In this document: positions 55,044 through 64,000 of the stretch, in pieces
How positions within the stretch are numbered: position 1 is the stretch's first letter
Layout: each line of letters opens with the position of its first letter
Origin: Longimicrobiales bacterium
Lineage (GTDB): Bacteria > Gemmatimonadota > Gemmatimonadetes > Longimicrobiales > RSA9
Length of the DNA stretch: 64,000 nucleotides
Direction: 5' to 3'
Assembly (NCBI GenBank): GCA_036377735.1
Contig: DASUXU010000128.1
Coordinates: 1,851-65,850, forward strand
Notes under the pieces: generated by a model
What the model was told of the DNA's origin: nothing
Seen by the model: the letters and a program-made list of their open reading frames with translations, nothing else
Database searches by the model: none
Program-made: the position numbers and the translations under genes

Positions 55044-56075
55044 ATGCCTGAGAATCCTGACCACGCGTGGTGGCGCCGCACCGGAAAGCCGCCGCGGTTC
55101 CGATACCTGTCTGCAAACGGCCGACCACTGACCGGCGAGGCGAGCCTGGCGCGCATCCGGGCCCTGGTCCTGCCCCCGGCCTGGACCGATGTCCACATCT
55201 CACCTGACCCCGACCGCAAGGTGCAGGCGTGGGGGTACGACCAGGCCGGCCGGAAGCAATATCGCTACAGCAGCGCACACGTGCAGGGCACCGATCGCCG
55301 CAAGTGGAAGCGTGTGCTGCGCGTCGCGCGCGCGATGCCGGAGCTGAGAGACCGAACGAATCGCGATCTGCGACGCCGTCGCCTGGATCGCGACAAGGTT
55401 CTCGCTACGATCGTACGACTCATGTGCCGCGCATACTTCCGCGCCGGCAGTGAACGCTACGCCGTCGAAAATCGCACCTTCGGCATCTGCACGCTCCAGA
55501 AAAAGCACGTCGACGTCATCGGCCAGAATCTCGTCTTCGAGTATCGCGGAAAGCGCAGCATCCAGCAGCGGCAGTTTGTGGCGGACACGCCGCTCGTTCA
55601 TATCATCCAGAGACTGCTGGATCTGCCGGGACGGAGGCTTTTCCAGTACATACCGCCCGATGCCGCGCGACCCAGGACCGTGCAGGCACAGCAGGTCAAC
55701 CACTACCTGCACGACATCCTCGGTGAGCGCTTCACATCCAAGGATCTCCGCACGTTCGGCGGCACCCTCCGCGCCGCAACCATTCTTGCCGACATCGGGC
55801 CGGCCGCGTCACGCGCCGAAGCGCGGCGCAACGTCGCTCTCGTCTGCAAGCTCGTCGCCGCCGATCTCGGCAACACGCCTGCCATCTGCCGGAAGGCGTA
55901 TATTCACCCTGCGGTTCTGGAGGAATACGAGCTGCGCGGCCGCACTATCGAGACGGTCGGAAGCCGAACCGCCCGGCGACGTGGCCGCCGATCGGCCAGG
56001 GTCGCGGCCCAGGAGCCCGTCGGCCACTACCCCGAGGAAATCGCGCTGATGCGCTTCCTCGAACGCTTCGCATAA
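55044..56075 (+). CDS. DNA topoisomerase IB (bacterial/poxvirus type)
   Basis: YRYSSAH, FRAGSERY, FEYRGKRS, FTSKDLRTFGGT and LGNTPAICRKAYIHP (catalytic Tyr region) are present. Confidence 0.85.
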   Translation: MPENPDHAWWRRTGKPPRFRYLSANGRPLTGEASLARIRALVLPPAWTDVHISPDPDRKVQAWGYDQAGRKQYRYSSAHVQGTDRRKWKRVLRVARAMPELRDRTNRDLRRRRLDRDKVLATIVRLMCRAYFRAGSERYAVENRTFGICTLQKKHVDVIGQNLVFEYRGKRSIQQRQFVADTPLVHIIQRLLDLPGRRLFQYIPPDAARPRTVQAQQVNHYLHDILGERFTSKDLRTFGGTLRAATILADIGPAASRAEARRNVALVCKLVAADLGNTPAICRKAYIHPAVLEEYELRGRTIETVGSRTARRRGRRSARVAAQEPVGHYPEEIALMRFLERFA

Positions 56076-56078
56076 ACT

Positions 56079-56105
56079 GCCGGACCACCCTTCGGAGCGT
56101 CGGAG
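56079..56105 (+). repeat. REP-like 26-nt element, copy 2
   Basis: GCCGGACCACCCTTCGGAGCGTCGGAG starts 4 nt after the topIB stop. Confidence 0.85.
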
Positions 56106-56309
56106 TTGACCACTCCTGCTATCTCCGCGCCCCGGACCGCTACGATATCGCCACCTTCGTGCACGGCTAGCCCCTGGAAACAGGGCATTTCCGTCGCGTG
56201 GCCCGCTTTTCACGATCGGACCCGGACATACGTCTGCTGGATGCAGCGACCTGTGCCGTGCAGACGAGACAATATCTGATGCGATGGGGCAGCTACATGG
56301 CTGATCCGG

Positions 56310-57086
56310 TCAGGTCCGACGCTCCGAAGGGTGGTCCGGCGCTGGGGTGCGGCGGTCGGGGGCGCGGACGTTGTAGATCTGGACCCGCATGCCGGCCTCG
56401 TCGAGGAGCGGCTGGGCGACGTTGAAGACCGGGATGCCGCCCGGCGTGGTGCCTGTCCGCGTGCCGTGGTGCGCATGGCCGTGGAAGACGACCGTCGCGC
56501 CGAGGGTTTCGATGGGCTCGAGCATGCGCGACGAGCCGAGGAACGGATAGATCATCTCAGGCTCGCCCACGACGGTGTCGACGATCGGGGCGTAGTGCAG
56601 CACCACGACCTTCGTATCGGTGGTGAGGCTGCGGATGGCGTTCTCGATCTTCCTCGCCTCATCGAGCGACGCGGTGACGAAGTCCTTGATGAGCTGCTCG
56701 CCGAACGGCCCGAGCGCGCCGCGTCCGAAACCGCCCGCGAAGCCCTTGGTGCCAGCGAATCCGACGCCGTGCAGCACGGCCGTTGTGCCGTCGAGCACCT
56801 GCACGTTGACCTGGTTGAGGATTGCGCAGAGCTCTTCTTCCTGGCCGGACTCGTAGTCGTGGTTGCCGAGCACGGCAACAGTCGGCAGCGACACCGCGGC
56901 AAACTCCTCCGCGAACGCCTGCATCTGTTCGGGCTTGCCGTGCGTCGTGAGATCGCCGCACAGCACGAGCACGTCTGCTTCGTGGTGCAGGTCGGCGAGC
57001 AGGCTGCGCATCCCGATGCGGGATGTACCGTCGAAATGCATGTCGCCGATTGCTGCGATTCGGACTTCGCGTTCCAGGTCAGACAA
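56310..57086 (-). CDS. Calcineurin-like metallophosphoesterase
   Basis: The TTG 57086 start follows GGAGAG. IAAIGDMHFDG, VLCGDLTTHG, VLGNHDYE and FHGHAHHG are metallophosphoesterase motifs. It overlaps the upstream gene by 8 nt. Confidence 0.8.
   Translation of the reverse strand: MSDLEREVRIAAIGDMHFDGTSRIGMRSLLADLHHEADVLVLCGDLTTHGKPEQMQAFAEEFAAVSLPTVAVLGNHDYESGQEEELCAILNQVNVQVLDGTTAVLHGVGFAGTKGFAGGFGRGALGPFGEQLIKDFVTASLDEARKIENAIRSLTTDTKVVVLHYAPIVDTVVGEPEMIYPFLGSSRMLEPIETLGATVVFHGHAHHGTRTGTTPGGIPVFNVAQPLLDEAGMRVQIYNVRAPDRRTPAPDHPSERRT
56315..56340 (-). repeat. REP-like 26-nt element, copy 3 (inverted relative to copy 2)
   Basis: TCCGACGCTCCGAAGGGTGGTCCGGC overlaps the last codons of the 56310..57086 gene. 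Confidence 0.85.
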
Positions 57087-58020
57087 TGTTGCTCTCCGTG
57101 TCGAGAGAGGGTTCTGCGAAACGCTCGTCCTCCGACAGCGGCGGTCCCTGGTCTGCCCACAGGTCCGAGCGCGTTATCTCCGCAACGATCGGCAGCTGTC
57201 GCGTGGCCACCGTCGCTTCCTTGCGCAGATCGCGGAAGCCCCACTCGTTGACGTCGATGTTGTAGGAAAAGCGCGAGATCAGTGTGCCCTGACACACGGC
57301 GGGATCGCCAACCGCATCGATCTCTTCCTGCGCCCGCCGATACAGCTGCTCGCGCACCCAGTGCGGGACGTGCGGGCGGTGTCCCGGATAGACGAAGTCG
57401 AAGAGATGGATCTGTCCGAGCAGCAGTCGCCAGTGATCCTGCACGCGGTCGAGCAGGCGCTGCCAGTCGAGCTCACGACCCTGGCACAGGATCAGATGGA
57501 GGATGTCTGCGACGTCGGAGCGATGGCGTTCCGACACGAACAGACGATGCCATATGAGATCCTCCGGCGGCGCAACGCGCACGGGTACGCCGGCCAGAAT
57601 GCCGGCGCGCGAGTGCTCGTGCCACGCGGAGTCGATGAACGACAGGCCGTTGCCCATCCCGAATATCAGGTCGACCTGCTTCCCGCTGCGGAACGCCTTG
57701 GCGATCCAGTGGGCCTGATCGAGTCGTACCTCGAAGCCCGCATCGCGCAGCACGGTCGCAGCGGCCACGACGTGACCCGGCTCGACGAACAGGTCGAGAT
57801 CCTTCGTCTTACGGTAGATCCCGGTGTACTCGTAAATCGCATAGAGGCCACTGACGATATACGGCAGACCGGACGCATTGAGGGCCAGGAGCGCGTGCTT
57901 GTAGACCTCGCGCTCCTGCTCCGGAATCCAGAACTCGCCATGCGTGAGCGACTTCTGCTCTTCGCGGCTGAGTGACTGCATTTCCGGTGTATCGGCTCGG
58001 CTCGACTTCGGGGCGTCCAT
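57079..58020 (-). CDS. Uncharacterised nucleotidyltransferase-fold protein (NTP_transf_5-like)
   Basis: IVSGLYAIYEYTGIYRKTKDLDLFV (Gx...DLD) and KQVDLIFG resemble the minimal pol-beta nucleotidyltransferase family. Confidence 0.6.
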   Translation of the reverse strand: MDAPKSSRADTPEMQSLSREEQKSLTHGEFWIPEQEREVYKHALLALNASGLPYIVSGLYAIYEYTGIYRKTKDLDLFVEPGHVVAAATVLRDAGFEVRLDQAHWIAKAFRSGKQVDLIFGMGNGLSFIDSAWHEHSRAGILAGVPVRVAPPEDLIWHRLFVSERHRSDVADILHLILCQGRELDWQRLLDRVQDHWRLLLGQIHLFDFVYPGHRPHVPHWVREQLYRRAQEEIDAVGDPAVCQGTLISRFSYNIDVNEWGFRDLRKEATVATRQLPIVAEITRSDLWADQGPPLSEDERFAEPSLDTESNIV

Positions 58021-58118
58021 TCAGTCTCGGCGGTTGATGCGCAGCGCGAAGCGCAGGGGCCGGATCGGGCAAGGATCGGGCCGCTACCGGACCTGTCTGG
58101 CGGGCATTAGGTTGGCAC

Positions 58119-58685
58119 ATGTTCGAAGACTGGAAACAGGCATGGCGCGACGCGGTGGAGAACTTCGAGCGCGAGGTGCGCACGGAGTCGCCCGGCAGCT
58201 CGGCCACGCGCGTCATGCGCAGCCAGATCGCGTCGGCGCGCGGTGCACTCGGGCGTCTCGACCTGGAGATCGATCGTGCCCAGGCAGAGGCCGAATCGGA
58301 GCGTGAGGCCGAGCAGGTGTGTATCCGACGGCAGGGCCTGGCTGCGGGCATCGATGACGCGGAGACGGCTCGTATCGCGGGCGAATACGCAGTCCGCCAC
58401 GCGGAGCGCGCGGCCATTTACGAGCGCAAGACAGCCGTGTTGCGGGATGAGCGTGCCCTGCTGCTGAGGGACCTGGAGTCAATGGAGACCGAGATGGCGT
58501 CGCACGCGCCTGACGATGCCGCGGGCGTCCTTACCGGTGAGGGCGACGGCGATCCCGCTGACGACTATGACGACGCGGAAGAGCGTAAGCGGCAGGAGTA
58601 CGAAATCGCGCGGCTGCGCCGTGAGAAGCGGGACCGCGCGGCGGACGAGCGGCTCGAGGAGCTGAAGCGGCGGATGCGCAGCTAG
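58119..58685 (+). CDS. Coiled-coil hypothetical protein
   Basis: It is 188 aa and Glu/Arg/Ala-rich with heptad-like character. No family was recognised. Confidence 0.5.
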   Translation: MFEDWKQAWRDAVENFEREVRTESPGSSATRVMRSQIASARGALGRLDLEIDRAQAEAESEREAEQVCIRRQGLAAGIDDAETARIAGEYAVRHAERAAIYERKTAVLRDERALLLRDLESMETEMASHAPDDAAGVLTGEGDGDPADDYDDAEERKRQEYEIARLRREKRDRAADERLEELKRRMRS

Positions 58686-58713
58686 CGATCGCGCCGCTCC
58701 GAGGCCTGTCGGA

Positions 58714-60099
58714 CTAGTTCGTCAGCCGCCCCTGCAGTGCCTCTGCGGCCACCAGCTTCGCGCGCAGGTCCGCCGCGATGTGCATGATCGGGCGGTTGGA
58801 ATCCTGCGGGCTTCCCGGCTGCACCACCGTGCCGGAAGTGAACGTGCCGGCAGTCGGTCGCGCCACGGCGATCGCAACGACAATCGAGATCTCTTCGGCA
58901 GGCCGCAACGCATAGGGCCCGGCGGACACGATGATCCGCACGTCGCTCGGTCCCGGTACCAGCATGCCGATGTCCTGCGACGGATCATCGGGTTGATAAG
59001 GCGAAAGACCGGAAAGAACACCCCAGCCGCGCACTTCGTCGGCCTCCTCCGCATGCCAGTCGCCGAATGACGAACACGAGACCTGCGGCGGGCACGTGTT
59101 GTATGCGTTGAGGATGACGCGTGCACCCGACGGCGCTTCCAGCATGCGCAGACCCACGAGCCCCGGCGCCGTCTGGCCCTCGCCCGCGAAGCCGTTCTCG
59201 CTGAACGCCGCGTCGTATGCGATTACGGCGTCCAGCTCCGGATCATATGTGGACCAGTCGTCGTTGGACGAGCCGATGTCCGGATCCAGGGCGAAACCCA
59301 GGTATACGTCGTCGTACGTCAGGCCCTCGGGGAAATCGGCGCCGCGCGCATCGAGCAGCTGGTAGAGTGGCGAGTTGGTCTTGTTGCGAAACGTGAGCCG
59401 CACAATCACGACATCCGGAAGTGTCTCATCCACGAGGACCTGCTGTCGCACTTCGATGCCGCGGATCGTGCGCAAAGTGGCGGATGACGACAGCGGCGTG
59501 ATCCATGAGAGCTGATCGATTTGCAGCTCCGTGCCCTCGCGCGTGACGACGGGCGCGGGCCGGCCCGCCAGCTCCGCGATGTCGTACATCCCGAGCGCTA
59601 CGGCATTTCCGCTGAGCTTCGCTCCGATCATCGGCATGCCGTTCGACACGTACGAGTCGTTGGTCCCGTTCGGCCACACCAGGCCCTGGCCGTTGCCATC
59701 GGTGAGGAACAATGCACCGGTCGCATTCATGGCGAGCGTCATGTTGCCGTGCACCTGCATCAGGCTGTTGCGGCTGTAGCATGCGGCGCCGGTGCACTGG
59801 ACGGTCAGCGGCCTGCGCAGCGTGGCAGCCTGGCCGCTGCGCACTGTCACCCGCTCCGATGCGCTGTACTGGAAACCGGAAGAATCGAAGAACATTCGCA
59901 CCAGGCTGAGTGGCGGCAGATTGCGCAGAGTGTCCGGCGTGAAGAGCCCGGTAACTTCGTCCTCGAGCACGATGACCGCACCTTCGGGGTCCGAGCTCAC
60001 GAACAGCTCGCCAGTGCCGCCGCCGAGCGGGCCATCATCCTCGCGGCACCCGCTCAGCGAAAACACCATGAGTGCGAGCACGACAATTCTCTTTGACAT
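58714..60099 (-). CDS. Hypothetical lipoprotein (PEGA-like N-terminal segment)
   Basis: The lipobox is MSKRIVVLALMVFSLSGC, and ELFVSSDPEGAVIVLEDE is PEGA-like. The rest is unrecognised. Confidence 0.6.
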   Translation of the reverse strand: MSKRIVVLALMVFSLSGCREDDGPLGGGTGELFVSSDPEGAVIVLEDEVTGLFTPDTLRNLPPLSLVRMFFDSSGFQYSASERVTVRSGQAATLRRPLTVQCTGAACYSRNSLMQVHGNMTLAMNATGALFLTDGNGQGLVWPNGTNDSYVSNGMPMIGAKLSGNAVALGMYDIAELAGRPAPVVTREGTELQIDQLSWITPLSSSATLRTIRGIEVRQQVLVDETLPDVVIVRLTFRNKTNSPLYQLLDARGADFPEGLTYDDVYLGFALDPDIGSSNDDWSTYDPELDAVIAYDAAFSENGFAGEGQTAPGLVGLRMLEAPSGARVILNAYNTCPPQVSCSSFGDWHAEEADEVRGWGVLSGLSPYQPDDPSQDIGMLVPGPSDVRIIVSAGPYALRPAEEISIVVAIAVARPTAGTFTSGTVVQPGSPQDSNRPIMHIAADLRAKLVAAEALQGRLTN

Positions 60100-60116
60100 C
60101 CCAGGCTCGTCGCGCG

Positions 60117-61319
60117 TCAGAATCGCGCTTGAAAGAGGTTCACCGACAGCGCCGGTTCGAGGCGCATCCGTTCCGGACGATCCGTACGTCGAAGGGCGCG
60201 GGCGTCGTCAACCGGAGCGCGCCGAAGCGCCGGCATCGGCGTGAACGAGCCCAGGCGCATTCCGTCGTCCCACTCGAGCAGAGCTTCGCCCGGCGGATTC
60301 GCGCCCCCCCGGTCACTATTGCGCGCGTCATAGTTACGCGTGAGGTGCGCGCCAGCCAGCAGACCTGCAATGCTGCCCGCGAGCGGCACACCTAACGCGA
60401 CATCCTCGTTGTCCGGCTGGAGAATCAGGTCCACGCCGCCGCCCGCGACACCGCCGATGATTCCTGCCAGGCTGACGAGTCGCGCGCGGCTGCGGCTCAC
60501 GTTCCAGCGCGGGGCAAGGACTGCGCCCGCGATCAGGGCTGCATCGCCGCCCACGAGTGCGGCGGCCAGCAGGTTGTCTCCCTCGTAGTTGGCCATCGCG
60601 CCCGCCGCACCGCCGAACCACGTGCCCCACATCCCTGCCAGGCTCACCGTGGTCGCAACACCGGAGCTGATCGGTTTGCGGGCCAGGATCGCGCCGGTCC
60701 CGATGCCCAGAACGCCGCCGGCCACCATTGCACCAACCAGCTGCTCAGTCGTCGGGTCGTCTTCAAAGAAGCAGCCGCCCTCCGTGCAGTCCTCTGTGGA
60801 TCCGTCCAGCAGTACTTCGGTCCACCCAAAGCCCTGCCATGTGCCCCACGTGCCGCCGAACGTGATCGCCCGCGCCTGCCCGACCGTGAGCGATGGATGC
60901 TTTTTGTTATACGCCCGCGCCGCGAGGAAACCGGCCGGTGCACCCGTGAGCAGGCCGACGCCGTACGCCTCGGCCTTGTCGATGTCCAGCATGAGCGGCA
61001 CGGCGACGCCCAGCCACAGCCCGTACGTCGTCCCGAACACCGCCAGTTCGACGCGCCCCGGCTCATCCGCCTGGGATCGAGCACCAGGCGACGCGAGCAT
61101 GGCGGATGCCGCCGCCGCGGCCGGTGTACCCGCGTATCGCCGCTGCACGAGCTCCATCAGCGCGCGCGCCGCATCCCGCCGCCCGTCGGCGTCGAGCTGG
61201 CGGGCAGCGTCCATCAGCACGGAAGCCGTGTCCGCACGCGTCTGCCCACGCGCCGCGGATGGCATGGCCCACGTCGCATACAACATCAGGCACACCACCA
61301 GCCAGTACTTCCAGGACAT
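60117..61319 (-). CDS. Hypothetical envelope protein with glycine-zipper-like hydrophobic repeats
   Basis: ATG 61319 sits inside ORF 60117..61658(-) and gives the signal MSWKYWLVVCLMLYATWAMPSAARG. Gly-rich hydrophobic segments repeat (GGTWGTWQGFGW, GMWGTWFGGAAGA). The C-terminal SVNLFQARF is OMP-signature-like. Confidence 0.55.
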   Translation of the reverse strand: MSWKYWLVVCLMLYATWAMPSAARGQTRADTASVLMDAARQLDADGRRDAARALMELVQRRYAGTPAAAAASAMLASPGARSQADEPGRVELAVFGTTYGLWLGVAVPLMLDIDKAEAYGVGLLTGAPAGFLAARAYNKKHPSLTVGQARAITFGGTWGTWQGFGWTEVLLDGSTEDCTEGGCFFEDDPTTEQLVGAMVAGGVLGIGTGAILARKPISSGVATTVSLAGMWGTWFGGAAGAMANYEGDNLLAAALVGGDAALIAGAVLAPRWNVSRSRARLVSLAGIIGGVAGGGVDLILQPDNEDVALGVPLAGSIAGLLAGAHLTRNYDARNSDRGGANPPGEALLEWDDGMRLGSFTPMPALRRAPVDDARALRRTDRPERMRLEPALSVNLFQARF

Positions 61320-61387
61320 CGACCCCCCTGACCAAAACGCTCCGCCGCCCGGAGTGGACGACGGAGCGCTTCGATTTGTGACAACGC

Positions 61388-62980
61388 TCAGTGTGAGGTT
61401 GCCGGCACTTCCTTCATCATGTTCCGGATCGGGATGATCATCAGGGCGAGCACGGCCGCCGCGATGAACAATGATGCCGTCGTCACCGTGAACAGCTTCG
61501 GCATCTGCTCGAGCGCTTCCGGGTCGACGTGACCGCCGACCAGGCCGCCGATCAGGTTGCCCACCGCGGAGGCCAGGAACCAGATCCCCATCATCTGTCC
61601 CACGTACTTGCGCGGGGACAGTTTTGTCATCGACGACAGACCGACCGGGCTCAGGCACAGCTCACCCATGGTCTGCAGGAAGTAGCTGCCGATCAGCCAC
61701 CACGCCGCCACCCGCGTCCCGTCGCCACCCGCCACGATCGAGTTCGCCGCCGGGATCATCAGCGCGAAGCCGAGACCCGCGAAGAACAGACCGAGCGCGA
61801 ACTTCGCCGGGCTGGACAGATCACCGCGATTCTTCGCGAGCGATACCCAGATCGACGCGAAGACCGGCGCCAGCAGGATGATGAACGCGGAGTTCACGGA
61901 CTGGAACCACGTCGCCGGCACCTCGAAGCCGCCGATCGTGCGATCCGTGAAGTCCTTGGCGAACAGGTTGAGCGACGTGGGTGCCTGCTCGAATGCGGAC
62001 CAGAAGATCGCCGCGAATACGAACAGCACGGCAATCACGGCAATGCGCTTCTTCTCGTCGCTTGCGAGACCGCCGAAGATGAACAGGTAAGCGAAGTAGA
62101 CGACTGCCGTGCCAACGAGCACGTACGTCATGTTCTGGCCGATCGCTTCGGCATTGAAGGCCAGTGCGCCCGTAATTGCAGCGGCAACGACGCCGAGGAT
62201 GATCACGAGGCCTGCGCCCAGGATCAGCTTGATGGTCCGCTCCTGCTTCGCCTGGATCGCCGGGTCGGGATGACGCGTAGGCTCCAGGCCCAGGTCACCC
62301 AGCGTGGACTTCGAGCGCACCATGAACGTGATCAGGCCGATCAGCATGCCCACACCCGCAGCTGCGAAGCCCCAGTGCCAGCCCACCTTCTCACCCAGCG
62401 CACCCGTGATCAGCTGACCGCTGAATGCGCCGATGTTGATGCCCATGTAGAAGATCGAGAACCCTGCATCGCGCCGCGCACCGCCCTCAGGATACAGGTC
62501 GCCGACGATCGCCGAGATGTTGGGCTTCAGCAGACCCGTTCCCATCACGATCAGCAGCAGACCCAGGAAGAACGGGATGCGACTCTCGAGGAGTGAGGAC
62601 AGACCGATTGCGAAATGGCCGGACGTGATCAGGATGCCGCCGTACAGGATCGCGCGCCGCAGACCCAGGAGTCTGTCGGCCACCCAGCCGCCCGGCAGCG
62701 ACGCGAGATATACGCTCGCCCCGTAGATGCCGACGATCGCCGAGGCCTGGCCGCGGTCGAAGCCGAAGCCGCCTTCGTTGATCGCCGCCGCCATGAACAG
62801 CACGAGCAGGGGACGGATCCCGTAATATGAGAACCGCTCCCACATCTCGGTCATGAACAGCGTGGACAGGCCCCGGGGGTGTCCAAAGAAGCCGCCCGTC
62901 GCTGTTGCCCGCTGCGACGGAGGCACGTCCGTCGTCACGGCCGCTTCCCGCGAGTCGTGCGGTGGTAGATCTCTTGCCAT
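61388..62980 (-). CDS. Proton-dependent oligopeptide transporter (POT/PTR2 family, MFS)
   Basis: ATG 62980 follows AAGGAG. GHPRGLSTLFMTEMWERFSYYGIRPLLVLFM and GGWVADR are POT signatures. Confidence 0.9.
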   Translation of the reverse strand: MARDLPPHDSREAAVTTDVPPSQRATATGGFFGHPRGLSTLFMTEMWERFSYYGIRPLLVLFMAAAINEGGFGFDRGQASAIVGIYGASVYLASLPGGWVADRLLGLRRAILYGGILITSGHFAIGLSSLLESRIPFFLGLLLIVMGTGLLKPNISAIVGDLYPEGGARRDAGFSIFYMGINIGAFSGQLITGALGEKVGWHWGFAAAGVGMLIGLITFMVRSKSTLGDLGLEPTRHPDPAIQAKQERTIKLILGAGLVIILGVVAAAITGALAFNAEAIGQNMTYVLVGTAVVYFAYLFIFGGLASDEKKRIAVIAVLFVFAAIFWSAFEQAPTSLNLFAKDFTDRTIGGFEVPATWFQSVNSAFIILLAPVFASIWVSLAKNRGDLSSPAKFALGLFFAGLGFALMIPAANSIVAGGDGTRVAAWWLIGSYFLQTMGELCLSPVGLSSMTKLSPRKYVGQMMGIWFLASAVGNLIGGLVGGHVDPEALEQMPKLFTVTTASLFIAAAVLALMIIPIRNMMKEVPATSH

Positions 62981-63138
62981 TGAGACTCCTTCGAGGGTTG
63001 ATCCCGCCAACGTAGGCGCGCTCCGCGGAATACGCCAGACAATCGTCTACACGCGGGACCGCCCTCCCTGTTCCCCCGGCCGCCGCCAGACCCCACTATT
63101 ACGGGTCGGCCCGGAGACTCATCACCACCAGCAGCGCC

Positions 63139-64000
63139 ATGGACACCGCAATCCTGCAGGCTCTTCGTTCGAATGCTCTCATGCGACGGGTGACCGCCGA
63201 TGAGCTGGAATATCTCGCCTCCCACGCACGCGTGCTGGGCTACCTCCCCGGCACATTCATCTTCCACGAGTCTCAGCCGCGCCGGTTCTGGGGCCTCGTC
63301 CTGAAAGGGAAGATCGAGCTGCAGAAGGGGCCGCGCGGCCGGCCGCGCGTGATCTTCGTCATGGGACCGGGGTCGTCGTACGGCGAGGGCGGTGTGCTGG
63401 ACGACTATCCGCACTCGACATCCGCATTCGTGGTCGAGCCGACCGAGGTGCTCGAGATACCGCGCGAGGCCATCGCGCGCACCGCTGTCGAGCGCCCCGA
63501 GCTCTATGCACGCCTCGTCGCCGGAGCGGCGCAGATCATTGCGGACCGGCTGCGCAATACCTCCGCCCGCGGCATGGGCGAGTCCTATTCTTCAGGCGAC
63601 GTACGACGCGAGCACGACCTGCTCGGCGAGCGCGATGTGCCCGCGTCCGCCTACTACGGCGTGCAGACGCTGCGCGCGATCGAGAACTTCCCGATCACCG
63701 GCATTGCCATCTCACAGTACCCGCTCCTCGTGAAGGCACTCGCCGCAGTCAAGGAAGCGTCGGCAATGGCCAACCACGAGCTCGGTCTGCTCGATGGCGA
63801 CGTCGCAGACGCGATCATCACCGCTGCAGCGGAAATCCGATCAGGCAACCTGCACGGGGAGTTCATGGTGGACGTCATCCAGGGCGGCGCGGGTACGTCC
63901 ACGAACATGAATGCGAACGAGGTGATCGCGAACCGCGCACTCGAGATGATGGGGCGTGGACGGGGCGAGTACGGCGTCGTCCATCCCAACAATCACGTCA
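63139..64000 (+). CDS. aspA: Cyclic-nucleotide-binding-like domain fused to aspartate ammonia-lyase (3' end outside window)
   Basis: It is not in the ORF track because there is no stop in the window. ATG 63139 is in frame 1. The N-terminal ~140 aa are CAP_ED-like (FIFHESQP..FWGLVLKGKIEL...YGEGGVLD). The rest is DLLGERDVPASAYYGVQTLRAIENF...QGGAGTSTNMNANEV, as in AspA. Confidence 0.8.
   Translation, partial: MDTAILQALRSNALMRRVTADELEYLASHARVLGYLPGTFIFHESQPRRFWGLVLKGKIELQKGPRGRPRVIFVMGPGSSYGEGGVLDDYPHSTSAFVVEPTEVLEIPREAIARTAVERPELYARLVAGAAQIIADRLRNTSARGMGESYSSGDVRREHDLLGERDVPASAYYGVQTLRAIENFPITGIAISQYPLLVKALAAVKEASAMANHELGLLDGDVADAIITAAAEIRSGNLHGEFMVDVIQGGAGTSTNMNANEVIANRALEMMGRGRGEYGVVHPNNHV

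Overview
This is a GC-rich, gene-dense bacterial chromosomal window. It looks like a soil-type diderm, possibly Gemmatimonadota-like, but that placement is inference only. Almost all of it is core metabolism.

Main gene content:
- a hemQ-fdsB-fdsA-ctaB operon
- a caa3-type cytochrome c oxidase cluster (ctaA, ctaC, ctaD, ctaE, ctaF, ctaG)
- a serB-like / aminotransferase / serA serine cluster, bracketed by two diverged GWxTD-family paralogues
- several M28, M23 and DmpA peptidases, ggt, msrA, galK, a bacterial topoisomerase IB and a POT peptide transporter
- many small enzymes, including a seven-gene chain joined by overlapping stop and start codons

I recognised no rRNA, tRNA, CRISPR array, integrase, transposase or canonical defence system.

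The less ordinary signals are mostly non-coding or architectural:
- a 26-nt REP-like element in three copies; two form an inverted pair, and one of those supplies the C-terminus and stop codon of a gene
- two long AT-rich hairpin (MITE-like) elements and a third AT-rich spacer that share sequence modules
- an 8-bp tandem repeat that reads as stacked ATG-GGC-TAA mini-ORFs in front of a Shine-Dalgarno-preceded 26-codon hydrophobic ORF
- unusual fusions: DinB-creatininase, cNMP-binding domain-aspartase, and membrane domain-spermidine synthase
- divergent genes whose start codons overlap
- a nucleotidyltransferase / metallophosphoesterase pair next to topoisomerase IB

I cannot demonstrate a clear novel multi-gene system from sequence alone. 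Candidates are ranked under findings.
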